A model generated the notes under the pieces. The model was not told where the DNA came from. It did not search any database and saw nothing but the letters and a program-made list of their open reading frames with translations. From Chiloscyllium plagiosum (taxonomy: Eukaryota), in NCBI RefSeq assembly GCF_004010195.1, contig NC_057719.1, positions 4,995,590 through 5,015,589 of the forward strand: 20,000 bases of DNA, in the 5' to 3' direction. Both the position numbers and the translations under genes were made by a program. Below are positions 1-9,697 of this stretch, piece after piece. The first letter of the stretch is position 1; each line of letters opens with the position of its first letter.

Positions 1-109
1 CTGAGTATTCAGCTCGGCCCAATGGGAATCTGAGCAAAGAGGAGAAGCAGCATCTGGCAGTGGATCTGGCTGACACCAAGGCAAAGCTCCGAAGGATAAG
101 GCAGGAACT
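1..109 (+). CDS. CCDC88C: CCDC88C (Daple) coding exon, 5'-truncated by the window edge
   Basis: Frame from nt 3 reads EYSARPNGNLSKEEKQHLAVDLADTKAKLRRIRQEL, matching remembered Daple [22 protein letters not shown]. Donor CT|GTTAGT at 110 (phase 2) joins in frame to the next exon. Confidence 0.93.
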
Positions 110-145
110 GTTAGTATCCACCAGGACCTGCTGCCACCTTATACC

Positions 146-196
146 CCACACACACAGACAGACAGACTCACTCAGTCACCTCACTCACCCACTGAC
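146..196 (+). repeat. CA/CAGA/CACT low-complexity microsatellite just downstream of the donor
   Basis: cacacacacagacagacagactcactcagtcacctcactcacccactgact. Confidence 0.6.
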
Positions 197-384
197 TCCC
201 TTGCACATTCTCTCCCCCCGTCTCTGTCTAGCCAGCTTCACAGAATCAGGTGTTAATCTGTCTGAAACAGTCAGATTTCTTTACCCCCCTGCCAGAAAAA
301 AAGAGTTGCACAAAAGCGGGTCGAACAATTTGAGGCCAACACTGCAATACTTTCCTGCAAAGTGCCTTGAATCTAATTCAGGAG

Positions 385-678
385 AGTGCTCTGTCACACT
401 GAGCTGCAGTACCTCCCTTTTGTACCGAGACACTGCTGCACTGTCAGATGTGTCAACTTTTGGATGGGTTCGTGACCTCCTGTCTGCCCCTTTGGGTGGG
501 TACGTAAGATGGCACAGCAATAATACAACTGGAGGATATCCCCAGAGAGTCCCATCAAGAAATCAGTTTTATCTTTCAACCATGTTGACTAAAATCCAAT
601 CACCTAGTTCTTCCAGTGTGAGAATTGGCAGCTGCTGTTTGACATTGCATCAGTGACAATAGTTCAAAGGCACTTAAC
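385..678 (+). mobile_element. Degraded DeuSINE (SacSINE1-like)
   Basis: gctgcactgtcagatgtgtc...ctgtctgccc...ggtgggtacgtaagat...aattggcagctgctgttt...cagtgac...ttcaaaggcacttaa follows the remembered Deu-domain and tail order. Confidence 0.6.
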
Positions 679-679
679 T

Positions 680-862
680 AAAAACAAAGTGCTGCAAATA
701 TTCAGGAGGTCAAGCTGCATGAGTGTAGAGAGAAATCCAGTTAGTCATATTGAGTAGTTTCTGATGGGAGGTCAGCAAGTTAAAATTCAAGCTGTTTCTC
801 TCTCCATGGATGCTGCCAATCTGCTGAGTATTTCCAGTTTTCCCTAGATTCCAGCATCTGTC
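680..862. mobile_element. Short inverted-repeat element derived from a Penelope-like terminal repeat (degenerate)
   Basis: Left arm gtgctgcaaatattcaggaggtc...gagagaaatccagtt; right arm gctgtttctctctccatggatgctgccaatctgctgagtatttccag, followed by the tail agattccagcatctg. Confidence 0.6.
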
Positions 863-1869
863 ACGTTTCCCTTTCATAATGCAGGTACACACACCCGCTC
901 TGAAAACTAACAGCCTCTAAGGTGAGGCTGTAACAGATTTAGGAATTTTGTCAGATTTGGAACTTTGCCGAATTTCAGAACGAGTGCTTTGGGCAGTGGG
1001 TGATTTGGAGCTAATTTAGGTCACGTGCGGTCAAGTGTCATTTGAAGCATGGACACAGACCAGTGAGGCAGGACGCTAGTTTAATGCCATGGAGCACCTC
1101 ATTAACTCGTCCTGGTAAAACCATTCCACTGGGGTTGATGCTTTCACAAAAGATACATAGCACATTCTCCAAATGCCTGACTTTCAGAGAGCTCTCGCTT
1201 TAGAAAGCTTTGAGAGAGTGTACTGGTAGCTTCAAAAGTAATTTGTTGGTCATCGAGCAGAAGGATGCGATATAAATGCAAACTCCTTCTGTCATTAAAC
1301 ATGTGTGCTCCCTCGTGTACAGTGCAACACTAGTTGATTTTGATTTAATGTTGTCTCACGTGGCTAAGTACAGTGAAAAGTTTTTTTTTGTTTTGTGAGC
1401 AGTACAGGCAGATCATAACATACATGGACATATGGGTCATGCGGTGTTTAGACAGAATGAGGCGTGCAAAGTTACGGCTAGCTCTGGAGAATGCTCAGTA
1501 CCAACAGAGCGTTGAAGTTGATTCCTTGGTCATTGCAATGTTGAATTGGAGGTTTGGTACCCTCAGCGATAATCTGAATTGCCTGACATCTATTATTTAT
1601 GGTATCCGGTTGCAGGTATTTGTAAGGCACCATTCCCATTGGTTACAAGCTGCAGGGAAACCCACACAAGCACAGCTCCTGCTCACAGTATCACAAAGAG
1701 AAAGCGAATACAGCAAGAGCTGTAATGTAGACATTCCTGATGGTTCACGTAAGGGGCAGATTTGCCAATGTCTCCTTTTTTTAAGTGCTCTTGCCCTCAA
1801 ATTACTTGCATTCTGAGAATAATCACCAAGTCACTGTGCAGAGAAAGCTGGTGTTACAAGCTGGGTATT

Positions 1870-2135
1870 AAGAGTGAGCACCTGCTCTTTCATCACTGTG
1901 GAACAAAGATAACACGTACGGTACGATGTCCAGCAGCAAGTTCCCCACCGTCTCGCTTTGGAAATATATCGCCATTCCTTCACTGTCCTGGGGTCAAAAT
2001 CCTGGAATTTCCGGTGCTAACAGGACTGTGGGTGTATCTGTTCAAGAAGGCAGCTTACTACCACCTTCTCGAGGGCAGTCAGGGATAGGCAGTAAATGTT
2101 GGCCCAGCCAGTGCCACCCATGTCCCACAAGTAAA
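1870..2135 (+). mobile_element. Non-LTR retrotransposon 3' fragment (ORF2 C-terminus of the FKKAAHHHLLKG type)
   Basis: Translates to ...GVKILEFP...FKKAAYYHLLEGS. The same family recurs at 10855-11200 (-), 13338-14060 (-) and 14420-14610 (+). Confidence 0.7.
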
Positions 2136-2271
2136 TAACAAAGAAAGATTGTCCACTGTGATGGAATTTATCTGCAGGCAAATCTGAAAATTCCAAATGA
2201 TGGTACGGCGATGGATTTTGAAGGAAGCTGTTTATAAAAGTCAGTTGATAATAACTTCTCCTTGTCCGCAG

Positions 2272-2353
2272 GGAAGATAAAGCTGAGCAGCTTACTGACT
2301 CCAAACATGAATTAGAGCGGCTTGACATTGAGGTGCAGAGATTACGACAAGAG
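2272..2353 (+). CDS. CCDC88C: CCDC88C coding exon (82 nt)
   Basis: Acceptor cttctccttgtccgcAG|G, donor GAG|GTAAGG. Encodes (L)EDKAEQLTDSKHELERLDIEVQRLRQE and is phase-compatible with both neighbours. Confidence 0.93.
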
Positions 2354-2442
2354 GTAAGGAGAGCCCCTCTTAGTTCCTGCATCAAACGTGATTCAACTGG
2401 GTCTCACTGTCCTGCCTCAGTGGATTGTGGTCCAACATGCCC

Positions 2443-2685
2443 AGGGAAAAAACCTTGTCTATTTGTCCTATCCATGCTCCTCATGATTTTATAAACCTCT
2501 ATAAGGTCACCCCTCAGCCTCCGACACTCCAGGGAAAACAACCCTAGCCTATTCAACCTCTCCCTAAGGCTCAAAGCCTCCAACCCTGGCAACATCCTTA
2601 TGAATCTTCTCTGAACCCTTTCAAGTTTCACAACATCTTTCCAATAAGGAGGAGACCAGAATTGCATGCAATATTCCAAAAGTCC
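2443..2685 (-). mobile_element. CR1/HER1 LINE ORF2 fragment
   Basis: ORF 2404-2679: EYCMQFWSP..KDVVKLERVQRRFIRMLPGL..ERLNRLGLFSLECRRLRGDLIEVYKIM, the typical CR1 ORF2 C-terminus. Confidence 0.9.
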
Positions 2686-2719
2686 TCTTCCATCCCATTG
2701 TATCTCACTCTATGATTGA

Positions 2720-3312
2720 GTTACACAGCACAGAAATAGACCCGTTGGTCCAACTCTGACTTGTTTGGAGCATAAATATCGATTTGAATGCATTGGGCTG
2801 ACTGAACTGTTCCTGTGCTATTATAGAGGTCTACATGACAGAAAAATGCCTTTTGACCCATCGAGTCAGGTCTGTTACAAACAAGTACCTAACGACTGTA
2901 ATCCCAAAATAGCTGTAAATGGTATGGAACAAGTGCTGATCATCATCCCAAACTAAACTAATCCCATCTGCCTGCATTTGGTCCATATCCCTCTAAATCT
3001 GTCCTAGTCATGCTCCTGTTTAAATGTAACTATATCTGCATCTCCCACTTCCTCTGGCAGCTCGTTCCATACACGCATCGCCCTCTGTTTGAAATATTTG
3101 CCCCTCAGGTCCCCTTTAAATCTTTCCCCTCTCACCTTAAACCGATGCTCTCGTGTTTTGGATTCCCCTACCCTGGGGAAAAGACCTTATCAAAACCCCT
3201 CATAACTTTATAAATCTCTAATGTCAGCCTCCTACACGACATGGAGAAAAGGTCCCAGACACTCCTTTATAGGTCAAACCCTCCAGACCCAGCAACGTCC
3301 TGGTCAATCTTT
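2720..3312 (-). mobile_element. Degraded CR1 LINE 3' end fragments
   Basis: acagcacagaaatagacccgttggtccaac (3' UTR antisense); cacttcctctggcagctcgttccatac; ccctcataactttataaatctcta...tcagcctcctacac. Confidence 0.75.
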
Positions 3313-3362
3313 TAGGGAGGGGAAATAAAAGTTAACAACAAATTCTTTTGGATCTTGCGCAG

Positions 3363-3521
3363 AACATGCAGCTGACCACAGAGGCACGCTCTGTCAGAGC
3401 CTATCGGGATGAGCTGGACTCACTGAGAGAGAAAGCAGGCAGGGTGGACAGACTGGAGAATGATCTTATACGATGCAGGGAGAGGCTACATGATGTGGAT
3501 TTCTATAAGGCCAGAATGGAA
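3363..3521 (+). CDS. CCDC88C: CCDC88C coding exon (159 nt)
   Basis: Acceptor tcttgcgcAG|AAC, donor GAA|GTAAGC. Encodes [64 protein letters not shown] is the Daple form (Girdin has HDIEFYKARVE). Confidence 0.95.
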
Positions 3522-3597
3522 GTAAGCTGCATCTCTTCATCCCTTTCATTTCCAGTGACAGATGGTGATACCACTATTAACAGGCAGAATAGATACA

Positions 3598-3821
3598 ATA
3601 ACAAAAGTTGGTGGAATATCTCAGCAGGTCTGGCAGCATCTGTAGAGAGAAGTCAGACTTAATACTTCAGGTCTGGTGACCTTTCTTTGGGATGTTCTGA
3701 GGAAGGGTCACTGGACACAAAACGTTAACACTGATCTCTCTGCACACATGCTGGCAGATCTGCTGAGCTTTTCCAGCAATTTCTGTTTCAGATTTCCAGC
3801 ATCTGCAGTTCTTCCGGTTTT
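3598..3821. mobile_element. Short inverted-repeat (hairpin) element derived from a Penelope-like terminal repeat
   Basis: Arm ~3598-3686 (ctcagcaggtctggcagcatctgtagagagaagtcagacttaa...gtctggtgacctttc) is the reverse complement of ~3697-3789 (gaagggtcactggac...gttaacactgatctctctgcacacatgctggcagatctgctgag); unpaired 3' tail extends to 3821. Confidence 0.8.
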
Positions 3822-4344
3822 AGAACAGAAATAAATGTCATTATTTCAGTCAATCATTGTTTAGAGGTGGCTGGGTTTAGTTTTTACTTATCTAAGTTGT
3901 AATATACATGTGTCCTCCATTTACTGCATCTTGCTGGAGCAATGTCCCTACTCTTACCAGGAGAAATTTCTACAGCTTTGATTGTGTAGCTTGTCAAAGC
4001 TTTTAAGTAGACTTTGGAGATACTTGCTATAATACGCTGTTTAAACAAACTTTGTTCACTGCAAAGTGTGATCTGGTTCCTGCTGTGAATCCTTCCTAAT
4101 CTCCAACTTTTTGGCTCACATCATACATTGGAGGCAGCTATTCAATTCATTCCACAACCCGTAGCCCTGTAATTTTATGCCCTTCATCTATTTCTCCAAT
4201 TGCCTTTTGAAAGTTATGCTTTTCATTTCATTCAGGGGATAGAGACATTGCTAGGTCAGCCCAGTCCCTAATTGTTCCTGGAGGAATGTTGCCCTCTAGG
4301 TGGTTGTATTCGGGAAGGGACTGATTTGCATGGGTAAAGGAGAT

Positions 4345-4590
4345 GATTAGCTTCCTCTACAGTGTAGAAACAGGCCCTTCGGCCCAACAAGTCCACAACG
4401 GCCCTCTGAAGAGTAACCCACCCAGACCCATTTCCCTCTGACTAAAGCAGTCTGACACTATGGGCAGTTTAACATGGCAAATTCACCTGACCTGCACATC
4501 TTTGGACCGTGGGAGGAAACCCACGCAGACACAGGGAGAATGTGCAAACTCCACACACAGTCGTCCAAGGCTGGAATCAGGGCCCCTGCG
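4345..4590 (-). mobile_element. HE1-type V-SINE, 5' end lost
   Basis: Antisense V-domain tgtggagtttgcacattctccctgtgtctgcgtgggtttcctcc and CR1-derived tail gggccgaagggcctgtttc. Confidence 0.88.
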
Positions 4591-4619
4591 CCCCCCCCCC
4601 CCCCCCCCCCCCGCCCCCC
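4591..4619 (+). repeat. Poly-C tract (C22-G-C6)
   Basis: Directly visible homopolymer. Confidence 0.9.
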
Positions 4620-5384
4620 AAGATCTGGAGAGAGAAGCAATGGTTTTGTCAAGGTCTGTTTTGAGCAGCTCCATGATGCAGGGCCCTGTGCTCCAAGGGC
4701 TATTCCTCATGATGCACACCGAGACAAACATCAGCTTGGGTCTGCAGCCACTGCTAAAGCACGATGGAGAAAGGCCTGGTTAAGACCTTTCAGCCAAAGT
4801 ACTCTGGGGCTGGAAACTGTAGACTCTTATTGGGCTTTGTGTCTAAAGAAGATGTGCATTGTAAGCATCAAGAATATTGGAATTGTGTTGTGGCACCTGA
4901 GGATGGAACATGGTGCAGAAAAGTTGATTTCTCTTGCACTTTCAGTAAGTTTCAATTTGAATAATTTTACCCTCTGGCTGTGTGCAGAATATAGAATAGA
5001 TATTGTAAATATTAAGAGTATTGCAGTTATATTGAGGCACTCAGTGCAGTCTGGAGCTAGTTGAATTTTCTTACAGATTCTGCAGTTTTCAAGTAGAAAT
5101 GTTTTGTGATACATTTTTGCAAATTTTACGAATGAAGAATATTTTTGAAAAGGTTTGGTAAAAGCGGATTGGTAGTCCTTTATAAAAATCTTTTTAGCTG
5201 ACTTCCCTTGCTGTGATCTCAGAGGGCAGGAATATCAGATGATTTAATGGCTACCAGAATCCTCATCATCAATAGAGAAAATTAGCCCAAACATTGACTG
5301 TTCTGAGCTGAAATTTAAATCTATAATCTCGGCTGATTCTCTAGTGCAGCACAGAGTGTGTGCGATATCGTTAGAGGCATTGGA

Positions 5385-5510
5385 AACCAAAACCGAAATT
5401 GCTAGAAAAACTGAACAAGTTTAGCAGCATCTGTGGAGAAAAAGCAGAGTTAATGTTTTGGATTCGGTGACCCATCTTCAGAACCATTCAGTGGACATTA
5501 ACCTCCACAA
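5385..5510 (-). mobile_element. Penelope-like terminal repeat fragment (copy 1 of a related pair)
   Basis: aattgctagaaaaactgaacaagtttagcagcatctgtggag...gagttaatgttttggattcggtgacccatcttcagaac is homologous to the left arm at 3598-3686. Confidence 0.75.
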
Positions 5511-5669
5511 ATCACTGTAGAAAGTTCTGTAAAATTCTCCAGAAATGATGTAGGAATGCTCTTCTAAAATGTGTTGTTTTTTTTAAATGCAGTAATTAAC
5601 TTCGAGTTGAAAAGGCTTTGGGAGTTGATTTCAACAGGGTCTTTGAAGTTGTACCTTTCTTCCATTTAG

Positions 5670-5816
5670 GAACTCCGTGAAGACAATATAGTTTTAATTG
5701 AGACCAAGTCCATGTTGGAGGAACAGCTGATCATTGCACGGGCTCGATGTGACAAGCTGCATGACCTGGAAAAGGAGAACCTGCAGCTCAAATCAAAACT
5801 ACAGGACCATGAAATG
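5670..5816 (+). CDS. CCDC88C: CCDC88C coding exon (147 nt) with GC donor
   Basis: Acceptor ctttcttccatttAG|GAA. Encodes [49 protein letters not shown]. The in-frame donor is ATG|GCAAGT. Confidence 0.92.
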
Positions 5817-6112
5817 GCAAGTAATACTGCACATTGGTGCAGGGCTCAGTGATAAAACCCCCCACTGTAACCTTTAGAACATCTAACAAGGAGCTAACAT
5901 CAAAATATCAAAGTTGTTGATTGGAGTGTTGTTGAGAGATGCGTATGTCTGAGTATTTATGCTGTCTGAGGGGTCCCAGATTCCGGTTGACTGCTCTGTG
6001 GTCATCATGTTGTGCACAGTCTGTATTAGATATGGCTCGAGTTCTACATAAAATAATAGATTCCCTACAGCAGGCCATTCAGCCCATCGAATCCACACCA
6101 ACCCTCTGAAGC

Positions 6113-6217
6113 AATTGCTGGAAAAGCTGAACGGGTTTGGCAGCAATTGTGGAGAGAAAACAGAGTTAAAGTTTGGGTCCAGTAACCCTCCTTCAGAACC
6201 ATTCAGTGGACGTTAAC
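6113..6217 (-). mobile_element. Penelope-like terminal repeat fragment (copy 2), nested in the V-SINE
   Basis: Aligns end to end with 5397-5502. Confidence 0.75.
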
Positions 6218-6286
6218 ACCACACCACCACCTCCACCACATCCCTGTAACTCTGCATTTCCCACGGCCAATCTACACAAGCCTGCA

Positions 6287-6665
6287 CATAGAGTCATAGA
6301 GATGTACAGCATGGAAACAGACTCTTCGGTCCAACCCGTCCATGCCGACCAGATATCTCAACCCAATCTAGTCCCACCTGCCAGCACCCGGCCTATATCC
6401 CTCCAAACCCTTCCTATTCATATACCCATCCAAATGCCTCTTAAATGTTGCAATTGTACCAGCCGCCTCCACGTCCTCTGGCAGCTCATTCCACCCTCTG
6501 CATGAAAATGTTGCCCTGTAGGTATTTTTTTTTTATATATCTTTCCCCTCTTGCCCTAAACTTATGCCCTCTAGTTCTGGACTCCTTGACCCCTGGGAAA
6601 AGACTTTGCCTATTTACCCTATCCATGCCCCTCATAATTTTGTTAACCTCTATAAGGTCACCCCT
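6287..6665 (-). mobile_element. 5'-truncated CR1/HER1 LINE 3' end nested in the V-SINE
   Basis: (CTCTATGA)n tail seen as catagagtcatagagatg; antisense frame RGDLIEVNKIMRGMDRVNRQSLFPGVKESRTRGHKFRARGER. Confidence 0.9.
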
Positions 6666-7199
6666 GGACTGTGGGAAGAAACCCACACAGAAACTGGGAG
6701 AACGTGCAAACTCCACACACAGTTGCCCGAGGATGGAACTTAACGCAGGTCCTTGGCACTGTGAGGCATTGGTGCTAACCACTGAGCCACCATGCTGCCC
6801 CACATTGCACTCCGTTTCTGTTAGGCGCAAGTACCCAGGGTCCCAGAATCCAGTTGGTGGATGGGATTAAGATAAAGATAAACCATTACTTAATTGAATG
6901 ATGGAATAAGGTCTGAGGGCTGAAATGGCATCCTCCTGCTCCAATGTTCCCCACTGAGGGCCCACCTTTGTAGCTCCCAGATGATTCCATGAGGTTCCAG
7001 TCGGAATTTTCACATCTTCCCTCAGAGGTGGATTGGCGACCCACCCCTACAGCTGAGACCTAGTGACATGTGCTTTCATCCATCGACTCCAATGAATGGG
7101 TGGATCTGGTGAGAGGAGCCTGGGCACCAGTTACTGGGCTCGGGCTGAAGGTTTGCGTTTTGAACAACTAACACTGATTTGTGTGTCCGCTCTCGGAAG

Positions 7200-7344
7200 G
7201 ATCGGGAGGCTGATCGGAAACGCATTGAGGAGCTTCTCGAGGAGAACATGGTTCTGGAAATAGAGAAGAAACAGAGTATGAATGAGTCCGCGCACCTGGG
7301 CTGGGAGCTGGAGCAGATGTCAAAGAGCACCGACCTTATGGATG
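7200..7344 (+). CDS. CCDC88C: CCDC88C coding exon (145 nt)
   Basis: Acceptor ctctcggaAG|GAT with CTAAC branch-point-like motif at 7168-7172; donor GATG|GTGAGT. Encodes [48 protein letters not shown]. Confidence 0.94.
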
Positions 7345-7694
7345 GTGAGTATTAGCCCATGTAGCCCAGGCCAGGGAGAGAAACCATCGGCGCTGGTGCA
7401 TTCCCTGTCCCTGAGCCCCATATCGCCCATTCTGTCCAGCTCAGTAAGGTTAAGTTGTTTAAGTTAGGTTCAGCAAAACGTTTGTAGACTACGCCTCTCT
7501 TTATAGAGATCATTGAAAGAGTATGATTCATTATGATCCATATTACAACTTCTGTTTGGACAAACAACTGTTTATATTCTGCAACTAGTTCTGAGTTTAT
7601 TAACCTGCCCCTAAGCCAGAAGTCAGTTTTTTTTTTAGTGTTTCCTTTAGAGACTTTCTTGAGGGCTACTTTCGGTTTGCATGGATCACAAACG

Positions 7695-8500
7695 TATGAT
7701 CATAGGTACAGACATAGGCCTCAAGAATCCTCCTCCATTCAATAAGTTTGGGACTGGTTGGTGTGTGTCAAATTCCACATTTCTGATAAGCTTTGATTCC
7801 CCCATTTATCTCCGCCTAAAAAAAATTTAGTGACCCTCTTTGCACTGCCTTCGGAGGCAGAGTGTTCCAAAATCTTTCAACCCTATAAGAGAAAAATCTC
7901 TGTCCAAAAACAGAGCCCCCTACCTTTTGGGCTGACCCACAAGAGGAAATGTCCTTTCCACACCCACTGTGCCAAGACAGTTTGAGGATCTTGTATACCT
8001 CAGCAATGTTACTCCACTCGCGTTTCTAAAACTCCACTGGAATCGAGCCCAGTTTGTCCACCCTTTCCTCATAAGGCAGCCTGCTCACGTTTAGTGTCAA
8101 TCTGAACCACCTTCAATACACTTACATCCTTTCTCAAATAAGGAGACCAAAACAAAGCACCATATTCGAAATGTGGCCTCACCAATGCCCTATGTAACTG
8201 AAGCATGAAATCTTTACTTTTACATTCAGTACCTCTTGTAATAAAATGTAGCATTTTGTGAGCATTCTGAATAACTTGCTGTACAATGTGGTAACTTTTT
8301 CTGACTCGTGCAATCCAACATCTGAATCAACCTGCAACTTTGAATTCTGAACTCATCATCCATTTTAAGTAATATTCTTTTTTAAAATTCTTCCTACCAA
8401 AGTGAACATCTGCATGCTCAGCACATTATACTCCATCTGCCAGATTTTTTGCCCCCTCACCCAACCCATTTGTATTCATCTGCATCACCTTTAGGTCCTC
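7695..8500 (-). mobile_element. Older CR1 LINE ORF2 and 3' UTR fragment
   Basis: ORF 8069-8254: MLHFITRGTECKSKDFMLQLHRALVRPHFEYGALFWSPYLRKDV, typical of CR1 ORF2. Confidence 0.8.
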
Positions 8501-9407
8501 CTCATAATGAGACCATGAGAAATAGGAACAGGAGTGGGCCATTCAGCGTCTTCCGCCATTCGATACTATCATAGTGATACTTTCAGTGCAGTCATATCCC
8601 TTAGGGAAGGAAACTGTCCTCCTCACCTGCTCTGGCCTACATGTGACTCCAGACCCACAGCAATGTGGTTGACTCTTAACTGCCCTCTGGACAATTAGGG
8701 ATGGGTAATAAATGCGACAATCTCATCCCGTGTGTGATTTTTTTAAAAATCTGTTTTTCTTCCCCATATCTGTCGCTGATACAAATTGTGGTAAGTTGAC
8801 GCCCTCAGCACAACACGGGTCCTTCAGGAGATGGTGAATAAAATTCCAGATGGATAATCATCCTGAGAATGGACTAGAATTGAAACCTAAAAGATTAGCT
8901 TGAAACTGAAGCATTGAGCCAAAGTTCCAGTGGCACAATAATGAAGTGTTTACCTGCAGCAATGCTTTTTGACAGAAGAGAATGCGTTAAGATTTCTTTG
9001 ATGTGAACAGCCCTTTGATGGACAAACATCTTTACTTCATCGAGCAACTGCTTGTGGAATGAGAAATGAATTGACAAGTGAACAAACCTTCCCTTCAGCA
9101 ATCCCCAATAACAGGCAAACACTTAATTGAAAGATGGATCTGCACAAAAGGATTTTTTTTTGTAATTCGGAAGCCAACTGAATTCTTCAAACTCTGCAAC
9201 AAAAGGCTTTTCAGAATGCTACATCCTGGTTACTTTTCCTTTCAGAGTTCCATCTCAACACAGTTGCCTTGTTCATGATTTTTAAGTGTCATTTGGCTAT
9301 GAGTAATTGTAGATGGAAAGAATAACTTCTCTGCCATTAATGAACATGAATTTGCTGTTTGTTTTCATTTCTTCACGGCATGTAGGTATCACTGATGAGC
9401 ATAGTAT

Positions 9408-9695
9408 TTAGATTAGATTAGATTCCCTACAGTGTGGAAACAGGCCCTTCGGCCCAGTAAGTCTACACTGACCCTCCGAAGAGTAACCCACCCAGTCACA
9501 TTTCCCTCTTAGAAATGCACCTAACATTATGAGCAATTTAGCATGGCTAATTCACCTGCCCTGCACATCTTTGGACTGTGGGAGGAAACTGGAGCACCCA
9601 GAGGAAACCCACGCAGACACTGGGAGAATGTGCAAACTCTACACACACAGGCTGGAATCGAACCTGGGACCCTGGTACTGTGAGGCAGCAGTGCT
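9408..9695 (-). mobile_element. HE1-type V-SINE with (AATCT)n tail; extreme 5' end replaced by a Penelope element
   Basis: ttagattagattagattccctacagtgtggaaacaggcccttcggccc...; complete V-domain; B-box antisense GGTTCGATTCC at ~9655-9665. Confidence 0.92.
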
Positions 9696-9697
9696 CT

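Larger units (their letters stand above)
6057..6800 (-). mobile_element. HE1-type V-SINE split into three pieces (6057-6112, 6218-6289, 6661-6800) by two insertions
   Basis: Tail agattccctacagcaggccattcagccc; middle ctgcatttcccacggccaatctacacaagcctgcacat; tRNA-like head whose antisense reads GGGCAGCATGGTGGCTCAGTGGTTAGCAC. Confidence 0.8.

Noticed and set aside
60..656. 198-aa ORF as a standalone gene
   Set aside because: Only the first ~17 codons are exonic; the rest is read-through into intron, microsatellite and DeuSINE sequence.
1373..1816. 147-aa intronic ORF
   Set aside because: No recognisable domain or coding bias, and a non-ATG start; probably a chance ORF.
4458..5064. Poly-Pro and poly-Gly ORFs
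   Set aside because: Artefacts of the poly-C tract plus SINE sequence.
5821..5826. GTAATA as the main donor of the 5670 exon
   Set aside because: It adds 4 nt and breaks the frame with the 7200 exon.
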